Source of the DNA: Candidatus Latescibacterota bacterium
GTDB taxonomy: Bacteria > Latescibacterota > UBA2968 > GCA-2709665
Assembly: GCA_965219995.1 (NCBI GenBank)
Contig: CBDCOX010000002.1
Span: 1,152,001-1,216,000 of the forward strand
DNA: 64,000 nucleotides
Direction: 5' to 3'
Shown: in pieces, positions 1 through 10,185 of the stretch
Position numbering within the stretch: position 1 is the stretch's first letter
Layout: each line of letters starts with the position of its first letter
Notes under the pieces: model-generated
Database searches by the model: none
Told to the model about the DNA's origin: nothing
Seen by the model: only the letters and a program-made list of their open reading frames with translations
Program-made: the position numbers and the translations under genes

Positions 1-1
1 G

Positions 2-115
2 CCAGGCGCCCATATCTACCTTCAGCCCGCCGCTTCCCGCCTTCGCGAAGGCGACGCCCGCCCACGAGGTGAGCGCGCAGCAGGCAAACCAAAGGATCCG
101 CCGGTGGCGTACCAT
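2..115 (-). CDS. 5' end of a probable secreted protein running off the left edge (partial)
   Basis: The minus frame reads MVRHRRILWFACCALTSWAGVAFAKAGSGG, a signal-peptide-like N-terminus. GAGG lies 6 nt upstream, and the gene follows the GT4 gene in the same direction. Alternative start at 127. Confidence 0.5.
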   Translation of the reverse strand, partial: MVRHRRILWFACCALTSWAGVAFAKAGSGGLKVDMGAW

Positions 116-139
116 GCCGAACCTCATCCATCCCTTGAA

Positions 140-1255
140 TTATTGCGACAGGATTTCCTCATAGACCCCAAGGGTCTTCCGCGCGCAACCCCGCCACGTG
201 TATCTGGCAGCCTGGCGCCGCCCACTGACCACGAGGCGCTCCCGCAGTGCTTCATCTCGAATCAAACGCGTCATTCCGGTGGCGATAGACCCGACGTCCG
301 TGGGATTGACGAGGACAGCCGCATCGCCGGCGATTTCAGCAAGTGACGATGTATCCGACGTCAGCACCGGACATCCGCTGGCCATCGCCTCGATCACGGG
401 CAGCCCGAAACCCTCCGTTATCGATGGAAACACAAAGAACGCCGCTTCCTCAAAGCACGCGCGTACCTGGCCATCGCTCAGTTGCCCGGTAAATATGACG
501 TCTTGAGCAATCCCAAGGTTCCGCGTGAGTTCGGAAAGGTTGGCGTATCCGTCCCCTCGTCCGCTGATCAGGAGGGAAAGCCCGGGACATTGCCTGGCGA
601 CCAGGCCGAAGGCCTCGATCAGACGTCGGATGTTCTTGTACGGCTTTGTGTTGCCCAGTGAAAAAATGAACCGCCGGCCCCGGCAGACATCCGGCAGCCC
701 GTCGGTTTGGTCGTCTCCCGTGGAAGAGCCGTCGCTTCCATGATGGATCATCGTGAATTTCGCAGGGGAATCGGGATATCTCGCAAGCGCGTCCTGCCGG
801 GTGGTTTCCGATACCGCAATCACGTGATGGGCCCGGTTAACGGACATCCCGATCCATGGACCCGCGAAACGGCGGGCCATCCATCCGCGCCATCGCGCTT
901 CGTACGCAATTTCCGGTGAATTGATCCAGATCAGATCGTGCAGAGTGAGAACAATCCGCCTGGCGCGGACGCCGAGGGGAAGAAGGTGAAAGAGACAGTG
1001 ATATATGTCGGCCCGGAGCGGGTTCACGATCCTCGCGCCCCCCAGGAGGTTCCGGCCCGTTGAAATCCCGTACGGGACCGCTATATCCGTGAAATTCGGC
1101 TGGTTCACGAGCGGACGCGGGTAGGCGGCCCGTCTCAGCAGCAGGTATTCGTTTTCCCGGTCCAGGCCGGCGAGCGCACGGACCAGGCTGAACGCATACC
1201 GGCCGACGCCGGTCTCGACGTTCCGGACCTCACGCGCGTCGATACAGATTCTCAC
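140..1255 (-). CDS. glycosyltransferase family 4 (GT-B)
   Basis: N-terminal MRICIDAR...TGVGRY, KNIRRLIEAF, and EGFGLPVIEAMASGCPV (EX7E motif). Confidence 0.93.
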   Translation of the reverse strand: MRICIDAREVRNVETGVGRYAFSLVRALAGLDRENEYLLLRRAAYPRPLVNQPNFTDIAVPYGISTGRNLLGGARIVNPLRADIYHCLFHLLPLGVRARRIVLTLHDLIWINSPEIAYEARWRGWMARRFAGPWIGMSVNRAHHVIAVSETTRQDALARYPDSPAKFTMIHHGSDGSSTGDDQTDGLPDVCRGRRFIFSLGNTKPYKNIRRLIEAFGLVARQCPGLSLLISGRGDGYANLSELTRNLGIAQDVIFTGQLSDGQVRACFEEAAFFVFPSITEGFGLPVIEAMASGCPVLTSDTSSLAEIAGDAAVLVNPTDVGSIATGMTRLIRDEALRERLVVSGRRQAARYTWRGCARKTLGVYEEILSQ

Positions 1256-1268
1256 CGTCCCTCCTCTA

Positions 1269-2789
1269 TCACGCCAGGATACGCCTGATCCGGCGATAGA
1301 CCCGCAGTCCGAACTGTCTTTCCTCGTCCTCTACGCCAAGCAGAAAGAGGAACCCCCCGAAACACGGAAATACCAGCGCGGCCCTCCCCAGGACATCCCA
1401 AAGGGGCGCCGCGGGAGCGGCTGGTCCCGACACCCACATCAGACCGGCCGTCGCGCAGCCGGCGATCAGCGGCTTGCAGAGCTTCATCGAAAACGCGTGC
1501 ACCTTCAGTTGTCGAAATACCTGCCAGGACGAGAGTCCCTGCGCCAGAATCGCCGTGGAAGCTGCGCCGATTGCGGCCCCCGTCGGGCCAAACCGGCGAA
1601 CCAGAACAAACGTACCGATCCCGCCGATCACGAGCGTGATACTTCTGATACCGAGGAGCGCGTCGGGATGCCCCGTCATCACCAGCACGTACCCGGACAA
1701 TCCCAATACAGCCGTTGCGGCGGCGCCGAGCAGCAGAATCAGCAGCCAGGAATACCCCGCCGAAAATTCCGATCCCACGAATGCTGCGATCTGGCTCCCG
1801 TAGAAGGCGAATACGAGGATGACGGGAATCGTTCCCAGCACAACCCAGCGGGTCACGAGCTTGAAGATTTCGCCCAGTCGCGCAATCTCTCCACGGGCAT
1901 GATATTCGGCAAAAAAGGGATTCGCGATTGGATCGAAGGCGCCGGGCACGGCACGCACGATCCCGGCCAGCTGAATCATCACGCCATATACCGCGATGGT
2001 TTCGGGCTGGATAAACGACCCGACAATTACAACGTCCAACCGACCGTTGAGTTCCGCGATCAGGTCGATGAGGAACATCGAAATTGATAAACGAAAGAGC
2101 TTTCGCTCAACGCCGGCCGCCCCTTCGGACCATGTACGCCGGGGATAGAACCGGAAGACCGGCTGGATGGAACAACAGAACACGATACCCGTGGCTGCCA
2201 GATAGGCCGCGGCTATGCCCGTCAGATCCATCTGCAGGAAGTAGAACAGAATCGCGAAACCGATCAATAGCGCGGGCTCGGCGAGTCCTTTGAGGTACAG
2301 CTGGTATTCCATCACCTTGTGGGCGATCGGAACCTGCAGCAGCAACCCGCCCGCCGTCTGAAAGAAGACGACGAATGCCATCCACCGCAGTGCGGCTTCC
2401 ACACCGTCGCGACCGATTAAGCCGCCCAGCGCGTCGGAAAAGAGAACACAGACCAGGCTGACCGCGAGGCTCAGGATTCCACCGGCGAAAAAAGCTGTCT
2501 TGACACCGCCGAGAGCCCGATGTGTCTCGCCCCGTGAGTGATGGTGGGCGACGTGCCGGAGCAATGCCTTGTCGAGACCGAAAAACGCAAACCGTGAAAA
2601 CAGATTCACCCAGGTCCAGGCGAGGAAAAAGAGGCCGTAAGAGGCCGTGGAATAAAGGCGCGCGGCGAGAAGATAGAATACCGGCCGGCCCAGCCGGGAG
2701 AAGAGAGTCAGAAGATTGACGCCGACACCGCGGGACAGCGTTGCCAGGTCCAACTCGCGACGCGTCTCTTCCTTGACGTCATCCGCCAT
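1269..2789 (-). CDS. Wzx/MOP-family oligosaccharide flippase
   Basis: 506 aa with about 14 hydrophobic segments; lies between glycosyltransferases; start overlaps the GT2 stop. Confidence 0.85.
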   Translation of the reverse strand: MADDVKEETRRELDLATLSRGVGVNLLTLFSRLGRPVFYLLAARLYSTASYGLFFLAWTWVNLFSRFAFFGLDKALLRHVAHHHSRGETHRALGGVKTAFFAGGILSLAVSLVCVLFSDALGGLIGRDGVEAALRWMAFVVFFQTAGGLLLQVPIAHKVMEYQLYLKGLAEPALLIGFAILFYFLQMDLTGIAAAYLAATGIVFCCSIQPVFRFYPRRTWSEGAAGVERKLFRLSISMFLIDLIAELNGRLDVVIVGSFIQPETIAVYGVMIQLAGIVRAVPGAFDPIANPFFAEYHARGEIARLGEIFKLVTRWVVLGTIPVILVFAFYGSQIAAFVGSEFSAGYSWLLILLLGAAATAVLGLSGYVLVMTGHPDALLGIRSITLVIGGIGTFVLVRRFGPTGAAIGAASTAILAQGLSSWQVFRQLKVHAFSMKLCKPLIAGCATAGLMWVSGPAAPAAPLWDVLGRAALVFPCFGGFLFLLGVEDEERQFGLRVYRRIRRILA

Positions 2790-3699
2790 GCCGCCTCACC
2801 GTTCCGGTTCTCCCGCGGCTGTTCCGATACAGACCGATACCCAACCGGATACCCCGCGCCAGCGCCTGCAGTTTCCGTGGAATCGTCCACCAGAAATCGA
2901 ATGCGCCGAATCGGCCGCGAAGGATGAAGAATCGAACGAACATATTCAGGACAAAGTACGGCGAAAACCGCACGTCGCAGTGTTTCAGCCAGAAGTAAAG
3001 CTCGTTGGCGTACGTCAGCGGATCGGCCGCCTGATCCGAAACGCGGCAGCCTCCGGAGGGCGCCGCATGGTGGAAGACCACGGCTTCCGGTTCGAATACC
3101 ATCCGGCCGCCCCCTGACTTGAGATAGCGGAGACAAAAATCCGTCTCCTCCCGAAGCTGGCTTCCGGCGAACTGCTCGTCGAAGCCCCCGCAGCGAAGCG
3201 CCTGTTTCCGGAGAAAGGAGAGATTGCCGCCGCCGCCGTGCGAAACGCTTCGGCGACGGGTCGCGTGGAAATTCGAAATCACGTGACCATACCATGTCAC
3301 CACGCCGCAGCGCCTCGGCTCCCGGCGGCCCCGGCTTCGCGAACTGATGATTCGGCCGGCCACCGCGCTGACGCATTCAGCGTCGTAATTGCGCATATGA
3401 TTTGAGATAAAGTCGCCTCGCAGGTCGACGTCGTCGTCAAGACACAGAACCACCTCTCCGCGGGCGATGTTCATTCCCAGGTTCTTCGCCCGGGTCCCGC
3501 TCGCCGTCTCCGTTTGAACGTAACGGATGCGCGCGCGGATGGACGCCAGGAATTCCGCTATCTCCGGCGGGTGTACGTCCGTCTGGTCGACGACGATGAC
3601 TTCGAACGAGGGGTAGGACTGGCGCAATACCTGCTCCAGCGTCCTCTTCAGAAACACCGAACGGTTGTAGGTCGGGATGATGACCGAAACGTGTTTCAT
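2779..3699 (-). CDS. glycosyltransferase family 2
   Basis: VSVIIPTYNR, EVIVVD, CLDDD (DxD), GGFDEQF..EETDFC. Start taken at MKHV. Confidence 0.93.
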   Translation of the reverse strand: MKHVSVIIPTYNRSVFLKRTLEQVLRQSYPSFEVIVVDQTDVHPPEIAEFLASIRARIRYVQTETASGTRAKNLGMNIARGEVVLCLDDDVDLRGDFISNHMRNYDAECVSAVAGRIISSRSRGRREPRRCGVVTWYGHVISNFHATRRRSVSHGGGGNLSFLRKQALRCGGFDEQFAGSQLREETDFCLRYLKSGGGRMVFEPEAVVFHHAAPSGGCRVSDQAADPLTYANELYFWLKHCDVRFSPYFVLNMFVRFFILRGRFGAFDFWWTIPRKLQALARGIRLGIGLYRNSRGRTGTVRRHGG

Positions 3700-3761
3700 T
3701 CCCGCAGGCAATCCGAATGGAGTATGGGAACTGAGAGGGTACCGTGTGACGTGACCGCGTT

Positions 3762-4817
3762 CTAGCGGTCCAGTACCGGAAGTTCCGCGGACGGCTCGTC
3801 AGACGCGCAGAACGAGACGACGCGGTCGTGCAGTGACGGGCCGTTCAACTCTCTATAGTAGATAAACAGGTACTCGTTTGCATAACCGGCGTACCTCCCG
3901 CCGCGCGCCTCGGCCCACTCGCAGACCTTCCTGTCCGACCCCGCTACATTGTACCACTCCCGGGCCAGTTTGAGCACCCACGTGTCCACGGGCACGGCAT
4001 TCAGCCGTTCGAGCGCGAACAGGTCTATACACTTGCCGACCTTCAGGCCGACGCCCGTACCGGCCCGCGCTTTCAACGCGTCCACGATTTCACGCCAGTC
4101 GTCCAGTGACAATTTCCCCGGATCGCCGCCCGTGCGCTCTGAAACGAACCGGGCCGTTGCGGCCACCCGCTCCGACCGCCACCCGAATCGGTTGGACCTG
4201 AAATACGGACCATTCAGCCGGGCCAATACATCCGGTTCGGGAAACGTACAGTATCTCCTTCCCATAAACTCGAATTCGCGGCCCCACGACTCAGCCAGGA
4301 AATTGACCCGCCGTTTGGTGAGGTCCATATGGGCCTGCACCGACAGGATATACGAAATCACGCACTCGAAGGGCGTCTGGCGTACGAACCTGAATCCCTT
4401 CAACAGATCCCGCGCCCGGCGCAGGTGTCCGTCTCCCCGGGGGACGCGAACGCGAGGTCTTTCATTCAGTCTCAGGTACCATTCGAGAAACCCGGCCGCG
4501 GACATCTCGCCAAGATACGTGGCGACGCCTGACGCCCCCGCGCGAAACTGGAGCGTATCGCCTTCCTGACGCAGATGGAACACGGTGTCGTAGGCAACGC
4601 CCTTCCACCATCCGTCCACGTCGCGGCCCCACCGGAATACCTGGCCTCCAGCCAGCGTATACCCCAGGTTGAAATCCCGGGCTTCGATCCGGCCGGTTAC
4701 CGGATGCCCGGAGGACACACGGTTCCCCGTCCGGGCACGGATGTCCCGCGCTCGGTGACGGGCCGGCAGGACCGGCCTCGGAGACTTTGAGGACAGTTCC
4801 GCCATATCGCTATCCAT
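3762..4817 (-). CDS. 8-oxoguanine DNA glycosylase, OGG1-type (OGG_N + HhH-GPD)
   Basis: FNLGYTLAGGQVFRW (OGG_N), RQTPFECVISYILS, and HhH GVGLKV...AVPVDTWV with catalytic Lys and Asp. Start uncertain (4805, 4817 or 4979). Confidence 0.82.
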   Translation of the reverse strand: MDSDMAELSSKSPRPVLPARHRARDIRARTGNRVSSGHPVTGRIEARDFNLGYTLAGGQVFRWGRDVDGWWKGVAYDTVFHLRQEGDTLQFRAGASGVATYLGEMSAAGFLEWYLRLNERPRVRVPRGDGHLRRARDLLKGFRFVRQTPFECVISYILSVQAHMDLTKRRVNFLAESWGREFEFMGRRYCTFPEPDVLARLNGPYFRSNRFGWRSERVAATARFVSERTGGDPGKLSLDDWREIVDALKARAGTGVGLKVGKCIDLFALERLNAVPVDTWVLKLAREWYNVAGSDRKVCEWAEARGGRYAGYANEYLFIYYRELNGPSLHDRVVSFCASDEPSAELPVLDR

Positions 4818-5063
4818 TATAGGAATTTTGACGGCATGCGGCAAGTCCCCGGTCTTCCCCGCACTTTCCGGCCGGTTGCCCCGCCATTGCGCCGTGGATT
4901 CGGAGTCCCGGAGACAGTGTACGCCAGGGCAGACGGAAGAGATCCGAGTCTTGAGTCTTGGGCTTGACTCCAATATCATGCATGTTTATTTTTATATTGG
5001 CATCTGCTTTCATGTCCGTTTCGCCCAATACTCACCTTTTGTCTGGCACGGACAGGATATCAC

Positions 5064-7427
5064 GTGGCGACCTCACCGTCTCCGGCATCCGGCGCGCTCA
5101 TCCGCGACGAACTTCCGGAAGCCGTTTACTCTCATCTGAACAATCTACTCGATCCGAGAGAGGAACTCCTGCTCTCCGCCACGACGGATCTGAGGTTCGA
5201 CGGTTCCTACGGACCCGCATGGCTGGTGGCGACCGGTCGACGTCTGATCGGTATCAGCCCCACCGAAGACGGGCGCTACGAGACCCTCAGCATTCCCCTC
5301 TCCGAGGTTACCCGCGTGGAAGTCAGGGAGCTGTTCGGCAGCGGGGTGCTCAAGATACGGACGGCGGAAAACAGCGCCTCCCTGGCCTTCTTCACCAAGA
5401 CCCTGCTTTCCAGGTTTTCGCCTGTTCCCGCGCAGATCGAACGTCTTGTCCGGCAAGCCAGACCCGTTCCCGAAGACGCGCAGATTTCCGACTCGAGCGT
5501 GGACGGATTTGCCGGCCGCAAGAAGCGGTGTGAACGTTGCCAGCAGGTGATCCCGCACTGGATGGGTGTCTGTCCGATGTGCCTGGATTCCCGCAGGCTG
5601 CTCTTCCGGCTGCTGGGTTACGCGAAGCCCTATTGGCAGATGGGGATCGGCAGTCTTCTCCTTCTCCTTACGGCAACGTTTATCGGTCTGACACCGCCGC
5701 TGCTGATGCGCACCCTCATCGATGACGTCCTGGTATCCGACACGGGCGGCTCGAACCCGGCAGCGTCCCTGATCCCCGCCGAACCGCGGTCTTCCGTTCC
5801 CAGAAGCCAGGCGCCGGCGCCGCCTTCGGGGATGGACAAGCCCGCCATGCTCGCCGTTCTGGTGCTGCTCCTTCTGCTGGTCAACGTATCCCGAAACGGG
5901 CTCAGCGCCGTACGAACCTACCTGCTGGCAAAGCTCGGCCAGCGTATCACTTTCGATCTTCGCAAAGAGGTCTATCGACATCTCCACTATCTCTCGCTCA
6001 GTTTCTATAACGAGCGGGAGACAGGGCGCATCATGTCGAACATCACCCAGGACGTCAGCCGACTTCAGGACTTCATCTCCGACGGCCTCCAGGAGATCAT
6101 CCGGGACATCGCCACGATTGTCATCATCTGCATCATCCTCTTCTCGCTCAACCCCGCTCTCGCGGCCTTCGTCCTGATGCCCACTCCCCTGCTGATCGTG
6201 TTTACGCGTTACTTCGGAAGAAGGCTGCATGACCTCTATCATGGGCTATGGCGACGCTGGGCCGATATCCACGCTCTGCTGGCGGATACAATCCCCGGGG
6301 TGCGCGTGGTCAAGGCCTTCGCCCAGGAAAAGCGAGAGGTGAGCAAGTTCGAGAACAGGAGCTGGGGCCTGCTCGCGGGTGAAGTCCGCGTGGCGAGAGT
6401 TCGCAGCACGTTTACGCCCATCATGACGTTTCTCACCTCTCTGGGCACCCTCATCATCTGGTGGATGGGCGGCAACAAAGTCCTTGGCGGTACCCTGTCG
6501 CTCGGCGAATTCGTCGCATTCACGGGGTACATGTGGCAATTCTACGGGCCGGTGGAAAGCCTGTGCCGTCTCAATCACCGATTCCAGCGCGCGGCCACGT
6601 CGGCCGAGCGCATTTTCGAGGTCCTCGATACACAGTCCGACGTCGCGGAACGGCCGGGTGCCAACGCCATGCCGCGCATCTCGGGTTCCGTGGAGTTCTC
6701 CGGGGTCACGTTCTCGTACGAGCCGGGCAAACCGATCCTCAGGGATTTGAATTTCAGGGTGGAGCCGGGGGAAATGATCGGACTCGCCGGTCACAGCGGC
6801 GCGGGAAAGAGCACCCTCATCAACCTGATCTGCCGGTTTTACGATATCCAGGAAGGCGATATCCTGGTCGACGACCGGGACATCCGGGACGTCTCACTGA
6901 AGTCCCTGAGGGCGCAGATCGGCGTGGTTCTGCAGGATCCGTTTCTGTTCAACGGATCCGTCGCGGAAAACATCGCCTATGGCAAACCCGGCGCAACGCT
7001 GGACGAGATCGTCGCGGCCGCAAAGGCGGCAAACGCGCACGATTTCATATTGGACTTTCCCGAAGGATACGACACGCCCGTGGGCGAACGTGGCCTGCGC
7101 GTCTCGGGCGGCGAACGCCAGCGACTTTCCATTGCCCGCGCGATCCTGCGGAATCCCCGTATTCTGATCCTCGACGAAGCAACCGCCAGCGTGGACACGG
7201 AAACCGAGGCTCAGATCCAGGACGCCATTGCGCGTCTGATCGAGGGTCGGACCACCTTTGCAATCGCCCACCGCCTGTCGACGCTCAAGAATGCCAACCG
7301 CCTGCTGATCCTCGACAAGGGCGAACTGGCTGAGATCGGCACGCACGACGAACTCATTCAACGGGACGGTATCTACGCCCGGCTGTGCCGCATGCAGACC
7401 GAAATGTCCAAATTACGCGCCTGGTAA
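5064..7427 (+). CDS. ABC exporter (fused TMD+NBD) with N-terminal PH-like domain and CxxC-CxxC zinc ribbon
   Basis: Walker A GHSGAGKST, signature VSGGERQR, Walker B ILILDEATA, H-loop IAHRLST; CERC...CPMC precedes the TMD. Confidence 0.92.
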   Translation: MATSPSPASGALIRDELPEAVYSHLNNLLDPREELLLSATTDLRFDGSYGPAWLVATGRRLIGISPTEDGRYETLSIPLSEVTRVEVRELFGSGVLKIRTAENSASLAFFTKTLLSRFSPVPAQIERLVRQARPVPEDAQISDSSVDGFAGRKKRCERCQQVIPHWMGVCPMCLDSRRLLFRLLGYAKPYWQMGIGSLLLLLTATFIGLTPPLLMRTLIDDVLVSDTGGSNPAASLIPAEPRSSVPRSQAPAPPSGMDKPAMLAVLVLLLLLVNVSRNGLSAVRTYLLAKLGQRITFDLRKEVYRHLHYLSLSFYNERETGRIMSNITQDVSRLQDFISDGLQEIIRDIATIVIICIILFSLNPALAAFVLMPTPLLIVFTRYFGRRLHDLYHGLWRRWADIHALLADTIPGVRVVKAFAQEKREVSKFENRSWGLLAGEVRVARVRSTFTPIMTFLTSLGTLIIWWMGGNKVLGGTLSLGEFVAFTGYMWQFYGPVESLCRLNHRFQRAATSAERIFEVLDTQSDVAERPGANAMPRISGSVEFSGVTFSYEPGKPILRDLNFRVEPGEMIGLAGHSGAGKSTLINLICRFYDIQEGDILVDDRDIRDVSLKSLRAQIGVVLQDPFLFNGSVAENIAYGKPGATLDEIVAAAKAANAHDFILDFPEGYDTPVGERGLRVSGGERQRLSIARAILRNPRILILDEATASVDTETEAQIQDAIARLIEGRTTFAIAHRLSTLKNANRLLILDKGELAEIGTHDELIQRDGIYARLCRMQTEMSKLRAW

Positions 7428-7468
7428 CCGCACGACGGCCGGACGCTTCAGGGAATCCTGATTCCGTT

Positions 7469-7975
7469 ATGCAGCAAGCGTATCATCTCGAGCAGGAACT
7501 GACGCTGTTGGACCCTGGCCGGATACGCCTGTGTCGGGACGAATTCACGGATCTGATCCTGGAATACCGCGGGGAGCGGCAGCCGGTTACGGCGCATCGC
7601 GCCTTTCCGCTCACGGCGACCGGTCAGTTCATCATCCTCAAGAACGGCGACGGCGCGGAGATCGGTGCGATCCGGGACATTGCCACTCTGGATGAAGAAA
7701 GCCGCGACATCCTGGAGACCGACCTGGAACGCACCTATTTCGCACCGGTCATTCTTCAGGTGAACAAACTCGAGGAAAACTTCCACATCCCGAAATGGGA
7801 CGTGGAAACCGACAGGGGTCACCGCGTGTTCGAGGTCCGCAGCCGCAGACGCGATATTCGCGTCCTGTCGGAAGGCCGCATTCTGCTGAAAGACGCCGAC
7901 GGCAATCGATACGAGATTCCGGATTACAGAAAACTGGATCCGGTCAGCCGTGCGTTTGTGGAATCGTTGATCTGA
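7469..7975 (+). CDS. DUF1854-like protein
   Basis: RAFPLT...YFAPVIL...WDVETDRG...DADGNRYEIPD...LD pattern; directly downstream of this ABC exporter type. Confidence 0.8.
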   Translation: MQQAYHLEQELTLLDPGRIRLCRDEFTDLILEYRGERQPVTAHRAFPLTATGQFIILKNGDGAEIGAIRDIATLDEESRDILETDLERTYFAPVILQVNKLEENFHIPKWDVETDRGHRVFEVRSRRRDIRVLSEGRILLKDADGNRYEIPDYRKLDPVSRAFVESLI

Positions 7976-8196
7976 TCTCACCGCGGCACACCCGCGTGCC
8001 GGAAACCGGTGCGACGGGACCGGTCCTGTGATTGAGCCGGCAAGCGACAGACGCGCGGTTCCTGCGCGGCCGGCCCGGTCGGGTCATTCGCCGAGGTCAA
8101 CGGGAACGGCTGTTGCAGGTTGTCAGCCACGGCCTGCCGTCTTATATTGTGTACACCCGCCCCCAATCGCCATGCCGAACCACAGGAGACGTCCCC

Positions 8197-10047
8197 ATGA
8201 ACACCACCGCACACACCGCAGCGCCAGCCTCCCTCGACGGCGAAATGATCCCTCAGCCTCCCGGCGAGGATATCGACTTCGGCAGCCTCGTCTACCACCG
8301 GCTCTGCCGGGCGGATGAATTCAGCGAAGGCGAAGGCAAACCGTTTACCGTCAGCGGGTCCCACATTGCCGTCTTCCTGTACAACGGCGAGTTCCAGGCC
8401 GTGGATAACCGCTGCCCGCACATGGGCTATCCCATGTCGAAGGGGAGCGTCAGGGACGGGGTGCTGATCTGCCACTGGCATCACTGGGAGTTCGACCTGA
8501 AAACAGGCGGTTGTTTCGAGACATCGGGCTCCGGAAACGACCTGAAGAGTTTTCCTGTGGAGGTTAGAGATGACGGTCATCTCTATATCGGTATGGCCGC
8601 GGACGAACGGCAGGCGGCACGAAGGCGAATGATCGACCGGGGGCGGTATATCCTGGAGCAGGGTCTTAAAGACAGAAGTTCGCTCATCATCGCCAAGGGG
8701 GTGACCGCCCTGCGCCACGCCGGCGCGTCGCCTCAGGAAATCATCCAGCAGGGCCTGTTTTACGGATCCTACAAGACCACCGACGGTTTCTCCTCGGGCC
8801 TGGCCATCCTCACACTCTGCGCCAACCTCTGGGACGACATCGCGGAGGGCGACCACAACCTGTTCCTCGTCCACGGCCTCGTGCAGATCTCCCGGCGGAC
8901 GACCGGCGGCTCCCGAAGACAGGGCTTTCCGTTTCCGAAGGCGACAGACGAGCCCGACCTGGCAACCCACAAACGCTGGTTCCGGCGCCTGGTGGAACAG
9001 CGCAACAACAACGCGGCCCAGCGGATTCTGATCACACTGAACGACCGCGGTTTTCCAAAGTCGGCCATCGCCGACACGGTCTTCACGGCCGCGACCGACT
9101 ACTATTTCACGGGTGACGGGCATGCGCTGGACTTCGCCAACAAACTGTTCGAAGCTCTGGACTACGTCGACTGGGAGGGCGCCGGCGAAATCCTGCGCCC
9201 CATTGTCGTCGACCTCATCACCCGCACGCGCCACGAGGAAACGGCCCGGTGGCAGGACAGCGTGCCGATCCTCGAGGATGTCTTCAGCCGTCTGGACGAC
9301 ATCTGGAATGAAAACCAGCAGAACGAAGCTCCGCTGGACACGTCTGCCTTCGCCCGGGTGCTTCTGGGTGAAGAGGTCGCGCCGATCGTATCGGAAATCG
9401 AATCCCTCCTTCGGCGGGGCGTCGATCCCAGGGAAATCTGCCGATCCATGGTCTACGCCAGCGCCATCCGAACCGCGCGCTTCCATCTGAAGAACGAAGG
9501 CGACTGGCACGACGTGGCCAACATCTACTCCTATGCCCACGCGCTCTATCAGGCATTCCAGCGCGCGCCGTCCGGCAACCTTCTGCGCGGCATTTTCCAC
9601 GGCGCCGTATTCCTGACCTATCTGCGCTGGCTCAATATGCCGGCGGCGCGGGTGCCGAAACGAGGCCAGCGTCTGAACGGCACATTCGAGTCCGAAGCCC
9701 AGATGCTTGCGCGCCTGCAGGAATTCGCGGACTTCCAGAAGGTCTACGAAGCGGAAATACTCGTGAACCAGTACTTCGAGGAAGAGCGTGACATCGCCAT
9801 GCTCAAGCACGCCCTCGCCCACATTATGTTACGGGAAGACGCCGAACTGCATATGTTCCAGGTTCTGGAAGTGGCCTTCCGTCATTTCGACATCACCGAC
9901 GACCCCGAAGAAAAACGAATGCATCTGCTCGCGGCCACACGGTACATTACCGCACAGAAAGTGATGAAAGCCATCCTCTGGTCGACCGAAAACGCAGAAC
10001 GGCTGCAGCGCGGGGAACTGCTGAGCGAGCGGGAAGACGACAATTAG
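8197..10047 (+). CDS. Rieske [2Fe-2S] domain protein with long helical C-terminal region
   Basis: CPHMGYP...CHWHHWEF Rieske ligands; AGGAG RBS at 8184-8188. Confidence 0.85.
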   Translation: MNTTAHTAAPASLDGEMIPQPPGEDIDFGSLVYHRLCRADEFSEGEGKPFTVSGSHIAVFLYNGEFQAVDNRCPHMGYPMSKGSVRDGVLICHWHHWEFDLKTGGCFETSGSGNDLKSFPVEVRDDGHLYIGMAADERQAARRRMIDRGRYILEQGLKDRSSLIIAKGVTALRHAGASPQEIIQQGLFYGSYKTTDGFSSGLAILTLCANLWDDIAEGDHNLFLVHGLVQISRRTTGGSRRQGFPFPKATDEPDLATHKRWFRRLVEQRNNNAAQRILITLNDRGFPKSAIADTVFTAATDYYFTGDGHALDFANKLFEALDYVDWEGAGEILRPIVVDLITRTRHEETARWQDSVPILEDVFSRLDDIWNENQQNEAPLDTSAFARVLLGEEVAPIVSEIESLLRRGVDPREICRSMVYASAIRTARFHLKNEGDWHDVANIYSYAHALYQAFQRAPSGNLLRGIFHGAVFLTYLRWLNMPAARVPKRGQRLNGTFESEAQMLARLQEFADFQKVYEAEILVNQYFEEERDIAMLKHALAHIMLREDAELHMFQVLEVAFRHFDITDDPEEKRMHLLAATRYITAQKVMKAILWSTENAERLQRGELLSEREDDN

Positions 10048-10185
10048 ACGGGCGATGCCTCTCATCCACGTGAGGTGATGTCGCGTATGGGTATGTTTGC
10101 AGAATGACCGGGCGCCCGATTTCGGCTTCGCTCCGTTTGCGTACGTCCATCAAAGCATCATTACATTAAAGGGATCCTCAGACCG

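Noticed and set aside
7978-9822. Long antisense ORFs (also 11557-13143, 17062-18726, 27627-29471, 31497-33080, 49498-50904, 61992-63809)
   Set aside because: These are shadow frames opposite well-supported genes in GC-rich DNA, with no recognisable motifs.
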